Positions 12,341 to 24,227 of a DNA stretch of 64,000 bases are shown here, in pieces. Source of the stretch: Octopus sinensis (Eukaryota); assembly GCF_006345805.1 (NCBI RefSeq), contig NW_021831284.1, forward strand, positions 186,001 to 250,000, given 5' to 3'. The notes beneath the pieces were generated by a model. The model did no database searches. It saw only the letters and a list, made by a program, of their open reading frames with translations, and had not been told where the DNA came from. Position 1 is the stretch's first letter, and each line of letters starts with the position of its first letter. The translations under genes were made by a program, and so were the position numbers.

Positions 12341-12929
12341 CTTTTAAGAACTTCAAATAAAAAGTAATAACCTACCTCCAAGGAAAAAAACGATTTTTGA
12401 CCCTAGGTTGTGAAATTTCTTGTCTCTCCAACCCGATGGTTTTGGAATACAATAAATGCAATACATTTGACCCAGTTTTTTTTAAAAAGTACAAAAATAT
12501 TTTTAGGAACAAGACATTATGTGCATCCAAGGTTTTGAAGGAGCTTTAGATTACAATTAAAAGTAGAAGGTGGCTATATGTTATCACTTTGGCTAATCTC
12601 AGACAAGTCTATTGAAAACGTATCCAGATGGATCAAAGTGTGTCTACATCTGGATTGCTCTTATTACCATTTTTTTTAAATTATTAATCTTAAAAGATTA
12701 CTGATAATAAAAAAAGCTTTCCGAGGTTTCCTAGATACTCTAATTTCAATATATGGGACACGCCTGAATGTATATGTGATCAGAGTTTTTTTTTGAATTT
12801 ACAAGATTAAAATTCATTTTAGTAAAATTAATATTTATTTTTATAATTGTAAATAAATAATTAAATTTATTCAGTTTGAATTTAGTTTTATTAATTATTA
12901 CGTGTGTTGATTATAAGGAATATATCAAG

Positions 12930-14109
12930 ATGTACTTTTTAGACAAAAATGAAAATTTAAATGATTTTGATTATCCTGAAATATCAACATATTCTCCAAT
13001 TTTTGACAATTATGAGAACGAATTATATAATATAATACCAGGTTCAAGACATTAAATTAAATTATGTGTAGATACACTCGACAACCAGTTACTAAACAAT
13101 TTCAACTGCGATTTCAAGGAAACAGATGTTGAATCTGCAAATATTGGCCAAGAATTGGATCCGCACATTAAAAAAGACACCTCTAAATACTTTCAACTCA
13201 CAGCTGAGCAACAAGAAATATTTAAAGTGATGAAAATCCCGGAGGATGAATTAATTCTTCCATTAAAACGGGAAACCGCGAAATTGATTGCACAGATTAA
13301 CCGAAGGATTAGAAATCGGGTTTTTCTCAAAGAAGATAACTTTGACAGAAATCCGCAAAAAGGAGCCGCGATTCCCGGAAAATGAAACATTTGTCTCTTG
13401 AAGTAAAAGTTTTTGAATTGGAAAATGAAATTATGCATTTAAAAGATTTGGCAGACATTGAAAGAGAAAAACAAATTGAGGTCGAACATGAAAATGAACT
13501 ACTTCGAAAACAAAACGATTTAATGATTAAAAAATTGCACCAAATCAATGGACAAAAACAGTAAGTGTCAATAATTATATTTTAATGACAATTATTTTTG
13601 TTTTATTATTAACTTTTAGAGAAATATTTGTAAACTTGACTGAAGAATATAAAAATAGAATAAATGGTCCGTTTCTGAGTCGTATTTGTTATACGCTTTT
13701 GATTATTCTGCTTTCATTTTCTTTAATAAAAAATGGAAATGGATTTTCAAATGAAAATTCGCTACAGTCGTCATCGGTGAAGAGAGAAAACTCTCATGTG
13801 ACTCTTTTTGATGGAAACGATGGATCTTTAATGGATTATAAACCTGAACTAAAAAGTTCAATTCATAATTCGTACGGGGCTTCTGATATATTGAAAGAAC
13901 ATAACTATGCCTGGATATCTTCTTCAAACAAGATTCCTTCATATAATTATCACAGTCCTCAAAAATTGAAGGAATCCATATATAGTTATGACAGTGGAGC
14001 TTTTAGTAATTTCGAAAGTGATGACAGTTCTCCTAAACGGAAGGCATTCCTTGGCTTTTATTCGGATTCGTTGAACTTCCTAACTCCCACTTCTCCGTTT
14101 AAACTTTAA
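12930..14109 (+). CDS. Membrane-tethered bZIP transcription factor, CREB3/OASIS-like
   Basis: Exons 12930-13041, 13072-13319, 13349-13560, 13620-14109; introns 30, 29 and 59 nt; stop-free. LTAEQQEIF..LPL..RRIRNR|KSAKRSRDSRK basic region, a coiled coil, then hydrophobic ICYTLLIILLSFSLI, as in the CREB3 family (LTxEE..LPLT..RKIRNK; TC.LVLLLSF.L). Confidence 0.8.
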
Positions 14110-15189
14110 CCATCTTTTGGTTTGACTGGTTTTGGTGTTTTATTTAATAAATAAAGTTTACGGATTTGATAAATCTGGCATACTAATTTAATCAATTTTT
14201 GATTTATCTAATTATAATTTATTGATTTGTTTGTGAGCTACTGTGATTTGCTGTGAATTGAACTAATAAATGTTTTTGTTGTGAATGATCCTTCTGCAAA
14301 TCAAACTCAATTTATTTAAAACTTAATTTTCATAATTAATCGGTTTTTAGTTAAAGTACAGTTAGAGTATACAATTGTGAAAAATGTGATGGCCATAATT
14401 GTAAGAGCAATTATTAATTCTCACTCAGTCTCATACTCAGTACTTCTTTTTCCATATCGCAGAAGGGGATTTCTAGAACAAAACTCTCGTATTTAGATTG
14501 CATCAGATGACTTTATGATGTTATTCTAGGTTAATCTCTTTATAGAAATATATATTTAACAGGCTTCCCGCCTTCGGCCAGATTTTGTCAATTTTTGATT
14601 GATTGTTTGCAGTTAAGTTTGTTTCCCAGATACCGTACACATAGTCGATCGTAGCTTCCACGTATTGATTATATGCTATTTAGACCATGTATGTGTCTTT
14701 TATTAGTTTTATTAGTTTAACTGTTTTAGCATCGTATTTTCTTTTCTGAGTTTCAGGACTCCTTTTTTGACTACTAGATCTCCCCCTTGATGATAACTTT
14801 GTTATAGTAATTCACTGAAATATCGAGGAAAAGAAATTCTGAAAAGAAAACCCCATAGTGATGAATCAACATATTTTTTATATCCTGTTCAGTAGGCAAT
14901 AGCGTAATCATAAAATACAGCATGTTTTGAACTGGTTAATGGGGAACAATTGATTTTTATAAGAATAGGACTGTGATCGCTCCCCAAGTCTAAATTAACA
15001 GACCAATGAGCAAGAAATGCCAGTCGTGATAAATAAATACTAATAGATTGAATTTTTCTTCCTTGAGACGTTTATTAGGTTCTCCATCTTATCCGGAGGT
15101 TGTTTAAATACCATGAGAGGTTTTTGGCATTAAAATCTCCAGAAACTAACAAATTTTCCACATTTTCAAGTTCAGACAAATTCACTATA

Positions 15190-15841
15190 AATTCTTTAAC
15201 ACAGGAGCCGGGAGGCGGAATCTAATAATAATTTTTTTGAAGATGCACAAATAACTTCATTATCTTCTGGATAGAAAATTTTCAGACACCTCTGAGCTTT
15301 ATATTTCCCAATTAATAAAGCAAACATTTTATCACTCACGAAATTCCAACAAAATAAAACAGTCACTTTTTTATTCACTTTCCTGATTCTACGGCATGAA
15401 TCACTGAAACTAACAATGATTTCGATTAAAGAAGTTTAAAATATAATTCAGTTTCGTCACAATTAAGCATGTTCGTAGGTCCATAATTTTCGCGATAATA
15501 ATCATACTGGTCAAAAACAAAGGCAAAAATAACCTGTCGGAAAAATTTGCCACTCCATAAAGAGTTTTGAATAAAAGTTCATGCCTCCTTTTAAACGATC
15601 AACCACCCATTTGAAATAAATTAACGTGGGAATAAAAATAATATCATAAAAGTGATTTAAAATTCAAAAAATAATAAAATTATACTTAATTTTTGCCCAA
15701 TTTGAAATTTATAAATTTGTTAGGAATTATGAAAAATAGAATTTATTACTGGCATGGACTAAAATGCGAGGGTGCCCAACAACTCCTCACAAAGTGAAAG
15801 TACCCCAAAAACGGGGTCTGGCTTGGGGCGGGGTCTAACTG
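15190..15841 (-). mobile_element. pogo/Tigger fragment with one terminus
   Basis: KVTVLFC..LLIGKYKAQRCLK DDE_1 remnant. Terminus cagttagaccccg read from 15841, with adjacent TA. Confidence 0.7.
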
Positions 15842-16019
15842 TATTATCTAATTTTTAGTGTAAGTTGCTTGTGATATCTTTCCTTTGCATCATTCTCTCA
15901 AAGTTTTATTAAAATGAAGAGTTATGACAACTTCAATGAAAAAATAAAGAATTTTAATTAGGAGAGAAACCAAAATGAATTTTACGAAAGTCTAATCAAG
16001 TTAAAAAGTTGTCAAAAGT

Positions 16020-16240
16020 ATATTTACTTTTAAATCCCGATATTGTGGTCAACGATAAGGTCACCGGGGAGATTGTTATTGTGGAGGTGGGCATAGACCG
16101 TTTGCAAACAGTGGAAGTGGACTGCACCTTTTCGGGGGTCTACAGTGCCAGAGAAGAAGGGAAGAAGGGGAGGAGGTGCGTGGAGTGCCATCCTCTGCTC
16201 ACTTCGAAGGCTTTGGATTTGGTTAGAAAAATTACTTAGT
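16020..16240 (+). mobile_element. REL-retrotransposon endonuclease fragment
   Basis: NPDIVVNDKVTGEIVIVEVGI..DRLQTVEV. Confidence 0.6.
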
Positions 16241-16525
16241 TAATTACTTTCTTTTTATTAATAAAAGACTTTATAACATAATAACAATCAAAAAAACTTA
16301 ATCGATGATTTGCCGAGCTTTATTTGATATCTGTGTTCAACAATTATGGTCTCTAAAGTTTTTTTGATTGTCACGGTTTGGATAAACGTTTTAGATAAAA
16401 TATTTATATTTAATTTTTCTCAAGATTTATCTGGATTCAGAAAATAAAAACGTCTAAATAACAGAACATGAACAAAGTTAGATGCTAGCTAGGGTAAGTA
16501 GATGAAAAGATAGTCAGCCTAAAGA

Positions 16526-16830
16526 TTAGCTCAATGACGCCGCACTGCTTATCAAATGGCAATTTCTCCTGACACAGCAACGAAGATTCGTTCTTCTCCG
16601 GTTGGTTGTTTTCGTGGAGATTTTCTTACCAATGTCAGTGAGGATTTGAGCCGCAGCTTTGCCGACGATTTTAAAGGTTTCAAAGGCAAGAAGGGCAAAC
16701 TTAAAAGCGTCCGAAATATACAGGTATTTCGTCCTTTTTGACTCTTCGGCCTGAGCACTAGCGGAGCCCGGATTACTGAAGTCTTGGATATCATCGTCGC
16801 AAATAAGAGTCGAAGAAGATGGCATTTCAA
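16526..16830 (-). mobile_element. CRE-clade 3' fragment
   Basis: NPGSASAQAEESKRTKY..FALLAFETFKIVGK..IGKKIS. Confidence 0.8.
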
Positions 16831-16846
16831 CCAGGAACGTCCAGAT

Positions 16847-19430
16847 CAGGGGTCAACAAATACTTTTGGAGAAGAGCCAATTATCGACATTTTTGAAAAT
16901 TTCGACAAATTTAAAAGCCACTTTTTACCTCTTATAATCAAAAATAATTAAGAATTCATTAAAAAATAAAATTAATAAGAAATGTGATTCCTCATCTTTT
17001 AGAAGAGTTGTCCAATTTCGGGATCTATTTTAATCCGAAGTTTAATTCTAGTTTCGAGTCTGTAACTTTGTTTCTTAATTTCGATTTGTTATAATTCATG
17101 TGTGAATAATTTTGTTCAAACATATAAGTGAACCCAAATATTGTCAAAATACAAATGCAATTTTTTTAATTCGTAAAAAAATCTGGAAGAGAATTCAAAG
17201 TTTTGAAAATTTCATCCTCGAGGGTTTTTTTAGTATAAAATTATTTTGTAGAACGGTGCTAATATTTAAAAGCTGAATTTTCAATCTGAATATTTTTAGC
17301 AAGTTTTTCTACAGCTTTTTTCCATGAGTCACCAATTGAATATTTTTTTGAAAAATTTGCGTGCTTTGTGCTAACATGCCTTCAAATTTGATTTTTTGTT
17401 TTGATTTAAAGTTTCCTGCCAAATAAGACATTTTGGTAGTTTTTGAGTTAGATTTGAATCAAGATTCAGTCCATGTTGATTAAAAATGTCGCATATTACA
17501 GTACGACCCCGTTTGGGGCAGCATTTTTATCATAGTGCCCCAAAAAGCGGGGGTGCCCCAAAATGCGAGGGTAAAGATTTTTTGCTTTTATTTTCTCCTC
17601 AATAGATTTTTATGCATTTTAGACTATAAATTAAATTATTTAATATTAATAAAAATTCTAACATAGTCCTTCTTAATAAAATTAAAAATTTTAATAATCC
17701 AACAAAAAATACTATTAAAAGTAATCAGTAATTTTCTTCACCGAATTGGTTTTTTTTCAGTTCTCCTGATAGGTTTTTTCTAAATTCGTAGTAGATTTTC
17801 AAAAATTGTGGACATGTACTGAAAATATTATCTTCTAGAGAATTCACGATGTTTATGATTTCTTTAATTGATGATTTTTTAGATTCATATCCATCATAAG
17901 TAATTTGTCCTCAATAATATCTGTCGAATCCATTGAAATAACATCTGAAATCACGTCATCTATTAATTCTTCGTCAACTGTACATTATCCGAAATTTTTG
18001 ATTTGTTTTCATTTATTTTCTGCCAGCAATTAATTATCGTTGTCTCTGACATCATTTTCCATGCCTCCCCGACAACTGTAATGACTTGTCTAAGATTGAC
18101 ATTATTCAAATTCAAATCAGAAAGCTGTTCTTTTTCAAATATCTAAGGACTTTCAAATAGAGTAAAATCAATCAGTTTATTGAAATAGAGGGACTTGAAG
18201 GATTTTATTATTCCCATATCTAGGGGTTGAATTAAAGCGGTCGTATTTTTGGGAAGAAAAAGTAAATAAACATTGGAATATTCTGTATTTCTGTGACAGC
18301 TCGCATTATCCAGTATTAAGACAATTTTTCTCTTTTCATTGATCATATCTTGATTTACTTTCCATAACCATTTCCCAAAAATATCACTAGTCATCCACGA
18401 TTTTTTGATGCAGCATATAGTACTCCGTGATCCTCAGCGTTAAAATTTTTTAAACACCTAGGAGATTTGAATTTTCCAATTAATAGAGGTTTTAACTTTT
18501 CACCAAGTGCATTACAACAAAGGAGAAGGGTAACTTTCTCTTTGCTCATTTTAATTCCATTGCATTTGTCATTAAATTGAACAAAGATTTCGACGGCGTT
18601 CGCTTTATGTATATAAAGCTGTTTCATCACAGTTAAAAATATTTTCACTTCCTACAGTTTCCAAACAGTTGTCATAATCAGCAAAAAAATTGGAAACCGT
18701 AGAAAGGTCAGATGAATTCTTTTCTCCACTTATAGTTTTAAATAGCAACTCGTGTCTTTTCTTGAACCGGTCTAGCCATCCATTTGATGCCTTAAATGAT
18801 TCATAATTTATCTTTTGGGTTAATTTGCAATCAGTTTTAAGATAGTTCCAGAAATTGGAAGAAATTCATCTCTCAGACGTAGAAAAGTTTCAAAAACTAA
18901 TCTATCTAATTCATTATTTGGATCATGTGATTCCTTGATTCTATCGGATTCAGTTAATCCCGCGTCAAAATAATAAACAAATTTTGTTTATGCGAGAAAT
19001 AGTACCTGTAATTAATAATTAGTTAAAAAAGATACCTTTGCTCGTTTTATACTTTTTAGCAGATCTCTTTCTGAAAATTGACCATGTTTTATATCTTTTA
19101 GCGATTTTAATTTTTGTTTCATAATTAATCTTTGAATTCTTTTTACGAACCATACTAAAGTCAAAATAAACACGTGAAATAATAGTATTAATTAATAATT
19201 ATAAATAAACTAACATTTTGTAATTAAATAAATTAAATAATGCCCAAACCGGGGTCATCAAAAATAAATAATAGAATGAAAAATTTACTGTTTTCAAAAA
19301 CTGCCCCTAAAAGCGGGGGTGCCCCAAAACCCGAGGGTGCCCCACCCATGGGGTCTGCCCCAAACGGGGTCGTACTGTATTACATTTTCTTTTTTTTTAT
19401 TTCTAGGCATATATATATTAAAAGTTTGAT
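16847..19430 (-). mobile_element. Internally deleted hAT (same family as 60995-62618), interrupted by a Tigger
   Basis: caggggtcaacaaatacttttggagaagagccaatt at 16847 matches the right end of the 60995 element. 17270-17497 and 19378-19410 match its transposase 5' region on either side of the Tigger. Confidence 0.75.
17499..19377 (-). mobile_element. Full-length pogo/Tigger transposon, transposase pseudogenised, with a 30-nt intron
   Basis: Perfect 23-bp TIR cagtacgaccccgtttggggcag and TA TSD. FKASNGWLDRFKKRH (CENP-B HTH), KEKVTLLLCCNALGEKLKPLLIGK, LILDNASCH, LIQPLDMGII. Intron at 19006-19035. Confidence 0.95.
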
Positions 19431-19439
19431 TTTGTCCTT

Positions 19440-19620
19440 TCTTTTAGAAACAGGGTTGAACCATGGGAAAGAACGTTCGAACTGGACAAGCGAATAAGAG
19501 AAATTTATCACCAAATGAGTATGTCTTTAACATCGCCCCTGCCTGTCAGTACCTCGAAGGGAAAGAGGCGGGCTTGCCTATCTGAATCACTTTGCAAATA
19601 GAGGATGGAGCGACTAGAAG
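19440..19620 (+). repeat. Dispersed repeat of about 180 bp, second copy at about 45590-45760; probably a retrotransposon 3' tip
   Basis: Shared blocks such as aaacag(g/a)gtt(g/a)aacc(a/g)tgg, tttatcaccaaat and ctgaatcact..g(c)aaatagaggat. Confidence 0.65.
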
Positions 19621-20379
19621 TTTAATTAATTTATATCTTGATTTGGATTTTAATTATAATAATATGCGAAACAAAAAAAAGTTAGTTAGTTAGTTACCCC
19701 GGCTTCTCTAGCATGTAGGAAGCCGGCTGCAATCAGGTAGCGGACAGCGGCGATCGGGCGCTCCCAGAGATCCCGAATCCCAATAGGTGGCGACTGGTGA
19801 GGCGGTCCAGGACAGGAAAAAAGGTCTTCAGGGGCGAGGGTGCGGAGTGTTTCGAAAAAGAGTGATGTTCCGAGCGAAGTCGTGCAAGCTGGACACGGAA
19901 GTACCTGTCGAGTGATTGCTCTGAAGGATGGACTGGTGGCGGAGGAGTTTGTTATTTTTAAGCATCCTGATAGCACGAGTTGAGATGTAATCGTGAATTA
20001 ATTTCTTCTTAGTTTTCCCATTGTTCGTTAAGAGTATTTTTGAGAGAGGTCTGCATTGATCGGCTAGAGTAGTGATAATATGTGACATGGGCTGCGCGAT
20101 ACCTATGGGCCGCGTGATACCTAACGTGACCTTGAAATGTGCAATTATGACATTGATGGGATTAAAATATAAATCTTTTAATTAGACCGTGTCACATGGG
20201 ACGAACGATACCTATGGGTGACTTGAAGCTTTTACGTGTTGCTATGGTAATTTCTCAGGTGATTTTGTCAATAAAAAATTTATAAATTGACAAATACCGA
20301 ACGAACGAACAGATTTTATTGACTTAGCAACCGAAAGAGAAGAGTTATATGAAAAGGTTTTATTAAAATCGAGACACCG

Positions 20380-20900
20380 AAAGCCTCCTCCTTGCTTTCC
20401 TTTTCACTTCTCATGCCCTTTGCAATGAGCAGAGGACTTGCCGAATTTTTTGAGTTTGTTCGTCTAGCTCTCTGGGGAGATCCTGATCAAGCCGTAGCTT
20501 ATACGCCAGTTTAATCGCAAAGCGCCTTGTTTTCTCCAGTTTGGTGATTATGCGATTTCTCTCGTCTGTAGGGTACCAACCTTCATGTCCATAGATAAGG
20601 ACTGGTTCTACAGTCGCCTTATAGATGAAGAGAAAGGTGTCTGGGGAGAGATGGAAGCGTATAAGGCTTCTCAGGATCCCGGAACATTTCCTTCTTCTAG
20701 ATTCCACGAACTTAAGGAACGATCCGTCAGCCCCGATCGTTACCCCAAGGTAGCGTAGGTCGTCAGAGATTCTTAGTCCCATTGTCTCCAGAAGTGGTTC
20801 TCTTCCTTTCAGAGTTTTAGAAACCCACGTGATGGTGGACTTGTCTCGTGCTAAGGAGAGGGCTTTCTCCGTAGCCCAAGACTCCAAAGATGGATTCGTT
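20380..20900 (-). mobile_element. RT C-terminal fragment of the RFHL..EGWYP retrotransposon family, inside element B
   Basis: LRYLGV..RRRKCSGILRSLIRFHLSPDTFL..GHEGWYP. Related to 39060-39540 and 60530-64000. Confidence 0.8.
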
Positions 20901-21160
20901 CCGTGATCTTTAGCAAATCGTACCTAAACTAAATTCACATTAATTTTAACTTGATCTCCAATAGCATAACTATATTTCGAACAATGGACACCCATTCTTC
21001 TATTCATGGGAACGAATGCATTGTCGTATTGTAGCAGTAAACTGCATACTGTAGAATCGACATCCATTCATTATGATTCCCATTTTCTTCAATAAGTTTG
21101 GCGATTGATCTTGTTATCGTTTGATTAAAACGTTCCACTATACCCTAAAAATTAATTGGT

Positions 21161-21280
21161 AGAATAACCTGAGATCTAGGATTGTTTGGTCTTCCATGAA
21201 TGTGAAGTATTCTGAACCTTAGAATAACCTGAGATCTAGGATTGTTTGGTCTTCCATGAATGTGAAGTATTCTGAACCTT
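21161..21280. repeat. Perfect 60-bp tandem duplication within the B integrase
   Basis: 21161-21220 is identical to 21221-21280. Confidence 0.97.
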
Positions 21281-22170
21281 TGACATAAACTTTGAATTTC
21301 TGCATTTTTAAATTCTGTCCCGTTGTCCGACTGTAGAATTTTACATGGCCCATGTACGTAGAAAAGATCCTCCAAATTGTGGCATACTTCAATTGCCAAC
21401 TTATTAAGCAATGGCCTTGCAAAAGCGAAACTAATTTGGTTATACATAAATTAATACCGACTATAAATATCAATCACGGATAAGATCCATTTATATCCTT
21501 GGTTGACACTTTGAAACTTTTTCAAATCTATCAGATCAATCTGAAAACGCTCATTTGGAACGGTGGCAAAAACATGATTATTCTCGTCAACAGTCTAAGA
21601 CGTTATTTAAAAAGGACAACTTTAAGAGGGAGGGAAAACTTACATATCTCACATTCATTAATAACTTTTCTTATAACGCTACTTTTTATAATAAAGTAGT
21701 TTTGACGGCAGAGAAATTCTATTTTGTTTATCCCTTTATGCGAGATCACATGCAGGGACCTGGCGTGGGCTTCCATCTCTGACTCACAGTCGAGAGGAAT
21801 AACCAATTTTTCAATATTTCCTTTCAGAAACAGTCTAAATTAAATTAGAATTAAACGTAGAACTTATTGTTCCTCACGAAAAAATGTGAGGATTTTTTTC
21901 GCAATCTGCGATTCCTCTGAGTATTGGTATCCTCAATTTGAATTCCACATAATATCTTTTTAATGTTGTCGTATTCATTAATATCCTTGACATAAGCCCT
22001 GAAGTGCGACATTAGATAACACCAATACCATGCGACAAAATTCTACAGAAATTAGGTCAGACATTTAATATATACAGTTTTAATTAATTATTTTTAATTA
22101 TTGATGGGATTAAATTATAAATCTTTTAATTAGACCGCAACTCATTCTTATCATTTAATAATTTATTAAA

Positions 22171-22650
22171 TTTTTTTTTTTTGACAAACCAACCAATAAC
22201 TACAAGTTAATTAATTAAAAGCTTCAAGGGCGGGAAGCCGACGCGATCGAGAAAGAGTTAGAGCGTACTATCGCAAGGGATATCCGCTCAAAAAACCATC
22301 TCGATTCGCGGGCGTCGCCTGTGATGGCAGACATGCGGGACCCGATCTCCTGAACGAAGCTGATTGCCTTACTGCCCAAGGAACCGGAAGTCTCAACCGC
22401 GAATGGAAGGAATTGGAACTTCTCCGTAAGTGAGGAGTACTTCCGCATCTTTTTGCATTCCGCGGTTGTGACAATAGATCCAGGAGCGGAGGCCGACATC
22501 AGCAGGTTCTGAGGCGAGAAAGAGTCCACACACGTGGCATCCCAGGTGAGAGGCTTCCCCCTGTTGAAAGGAAACACGGTTATCCCGTCAGGCCTTTTTC
22601 CGTCCCCCCGATCGATCCCAGAGGGTTCAAGCAGGGAGGGGAATTAGCTA
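22171..22650 (-). mobile_element. CRE-clade 3' fragment with poly(A) tail
   Basis: LEPSGIDRGDGKRPDG, LTWDATCVDS, FERISLAIVRSNS. T12 run at 22171-22182. Confidence 0.9.
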
Positions 22651-22772
22651 AAGACTCTCTAATTTTGACAAAAAATTATATTTGTAGGAATTTAATTATC
22701 AGAAATTATTTTTTTTGGTGGAAAACCTAAATTTCTTGAGTTATTTCTAGCGTGCAAGTATATTTTGCAGCA

Positions 22773-24227
22773 ATGTCCTCGTACAAAGGTTATGTAAAGA
22801 ATAGTTTGGAATATCAAATTTTAAAAGATGCTTTACAGGATAAATTTCCTGAACATCTTAGAAAGCAAAAAAAATATAGACTAGTTAAAATTGAAAATTT
22901 TACTGTAATTAATGAAAGGTATCATACAAATTGTAAATGTATAGATTGTATCTTAAATGTGCGAATTCAGATCACAAGCTAGTGATTTGTCTAGACAATG
23001 AACCCGAAATGGAGATCGTTGCTAAAAGTTTGCATGACTTCTCGCATGGAGGAGTTAACAAAATTGAATATGAATGTCGACAACGATATTTCACAGTTAA
23101 AAATGAGATTATTCGAAAAGTCATTCGAAACTGTGAAATTTGTAAATTTGCGCGACCTTTAAAAGTTTTAACTTTTTTAAATCCTAGATTGGAGATATAA
23201 ATAACCATGTCTTTGCATCTTGCCCAAATGAAAGATTTCAGATAGATCTTATAGATCTGAAAAGTTTTTCTACTATAAATAAAAATTTTAAATGGATTTT
23301 AACGGTCATTGACGTATATAGCAGGTTAGTTTTTTTAACAATTTTTATAGATTTGCATTTGCGAGGCCGCTCTACACTAAGTCCTCAAATGAAGTTTGTG
23401 AAAACCTCAGATCATTATTTTTCTTAAATGGTCCGTGTCAATTTCTTCAGTCCGATAATGGGACTGAATTCAAGAATCGTGAAATGACCAATCTATGTGA
23501 GGAATTCAAACGAATTCACGCAAGGCCAAACAATCCCCGCTCACAAGGGATTGTCGAACGCTTCAACCAGTCAATTACAAGAAAAATGGCAAAAATGATC
23601 GACAATGATAATAAAAAGTGGCTGGAAAAATTAGAAAATGCAGTGTACAGTTATAACATTTCTGTCCACTCATCTTCTAATGAGAGCCCTTTTGAAAGAT
23701 ACCGGGGAATAAGTGGAATAAATACAATATTTTATGGTTGTAATTATAAAATTATTCCTTAGATAATTCAAGTAATGATTTGTTGAGTCCTGATCAAGTC
23801 GATGATGCAAACAATTGTCCGAGTCCAATTGAAAATTCATGTAATTTGAATTTCTATATGTAGATGATTGTAATTATTCGTTTACAAGTCCGAAAAGATT
23901 TCAGTTCGAAATCAACCCCATTGATCCTAATTCTAATTATTACAAAGCGATGAACAGAAAAATGAATGTTCACAATAGTAAGTATGAATTTAGTGTTGGT
24001 GATAAAGTATGCATAAAAATTAGTGTTTAGGTTCGAGTTAAAAAAGACTTTGGAACAAATCCTTCGTTGCGACTGGATAAGTTTGAATCTCCATATTATC
24101 CATCTGCAGAAATTATCAGTATTTTATCAAACAATCGCGTTGAGGTAGTTTAAACATTTAAATTTAATAGATAAAAAATTCGATGAGCGAAATTTCGATT
24201 GTGCCAATGTCCAGACTTAAAAAATAA
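22773..24227 (+). CDS. Gypsy-like integrase/transposase of element A, 426 aa after removing 7 micro-introns
   Basis: Exons 22773-22918, 22945-23164, 23188-23324, 23351-23736, 23763-23840, 23864-24006, 24031-24144, 24171-24227; introns 26, 23, 26, 26, 23, 24, 26 nt, all GT-AG; no internal stop. HHCC finger, RFQIDLID, QSDNGTEF, QGIVERFN and a GPY/F-like tail (FSVGDKVRV..SPYY). Confidence 0.88.

Larger units (their letters stand above)
20190..22037 (-). mobile_element. Second Ginger-like element (B), decayed, nested head-to-head in A
   Basis: Ends TGTCACATGG (20190) and CCATGCGACA (22037). Spliced remnant LHVISHKGINKIE..CEIC, ERFQIDLID, LQSDNGTEFK, SQ|GIVERFNQ. Contains frameshifts. Confidence 0.8.

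Noticed and set aside
14445-14471. Neuropeptide-like NPLLRY-GKR on minus
   Set aside because: An in-frame stop lies 8 codons upstream, there is no signal peptide or supportable exon chain, and it sits in decayed sequence.
19006-19035. Possible U12-type intron (GTATCTTTT donor, TTTTAAC)
   Set aside because: The donor mismatches GTATCCTT, the branch-like motif overlaps the donor, and AT-rich chance is likely.
19240-19497. 86-aa ORF with GAP repeats
   Set aside because: It translates the Tigger subterminal repeats (gggtgcccc) and TIR.
21161-21280. CRISPR-like repeat
   Set aside because: Two adjacent units with no spacer, in eukaryotic context; no CRISPR array or cas gene anywhere in the window.
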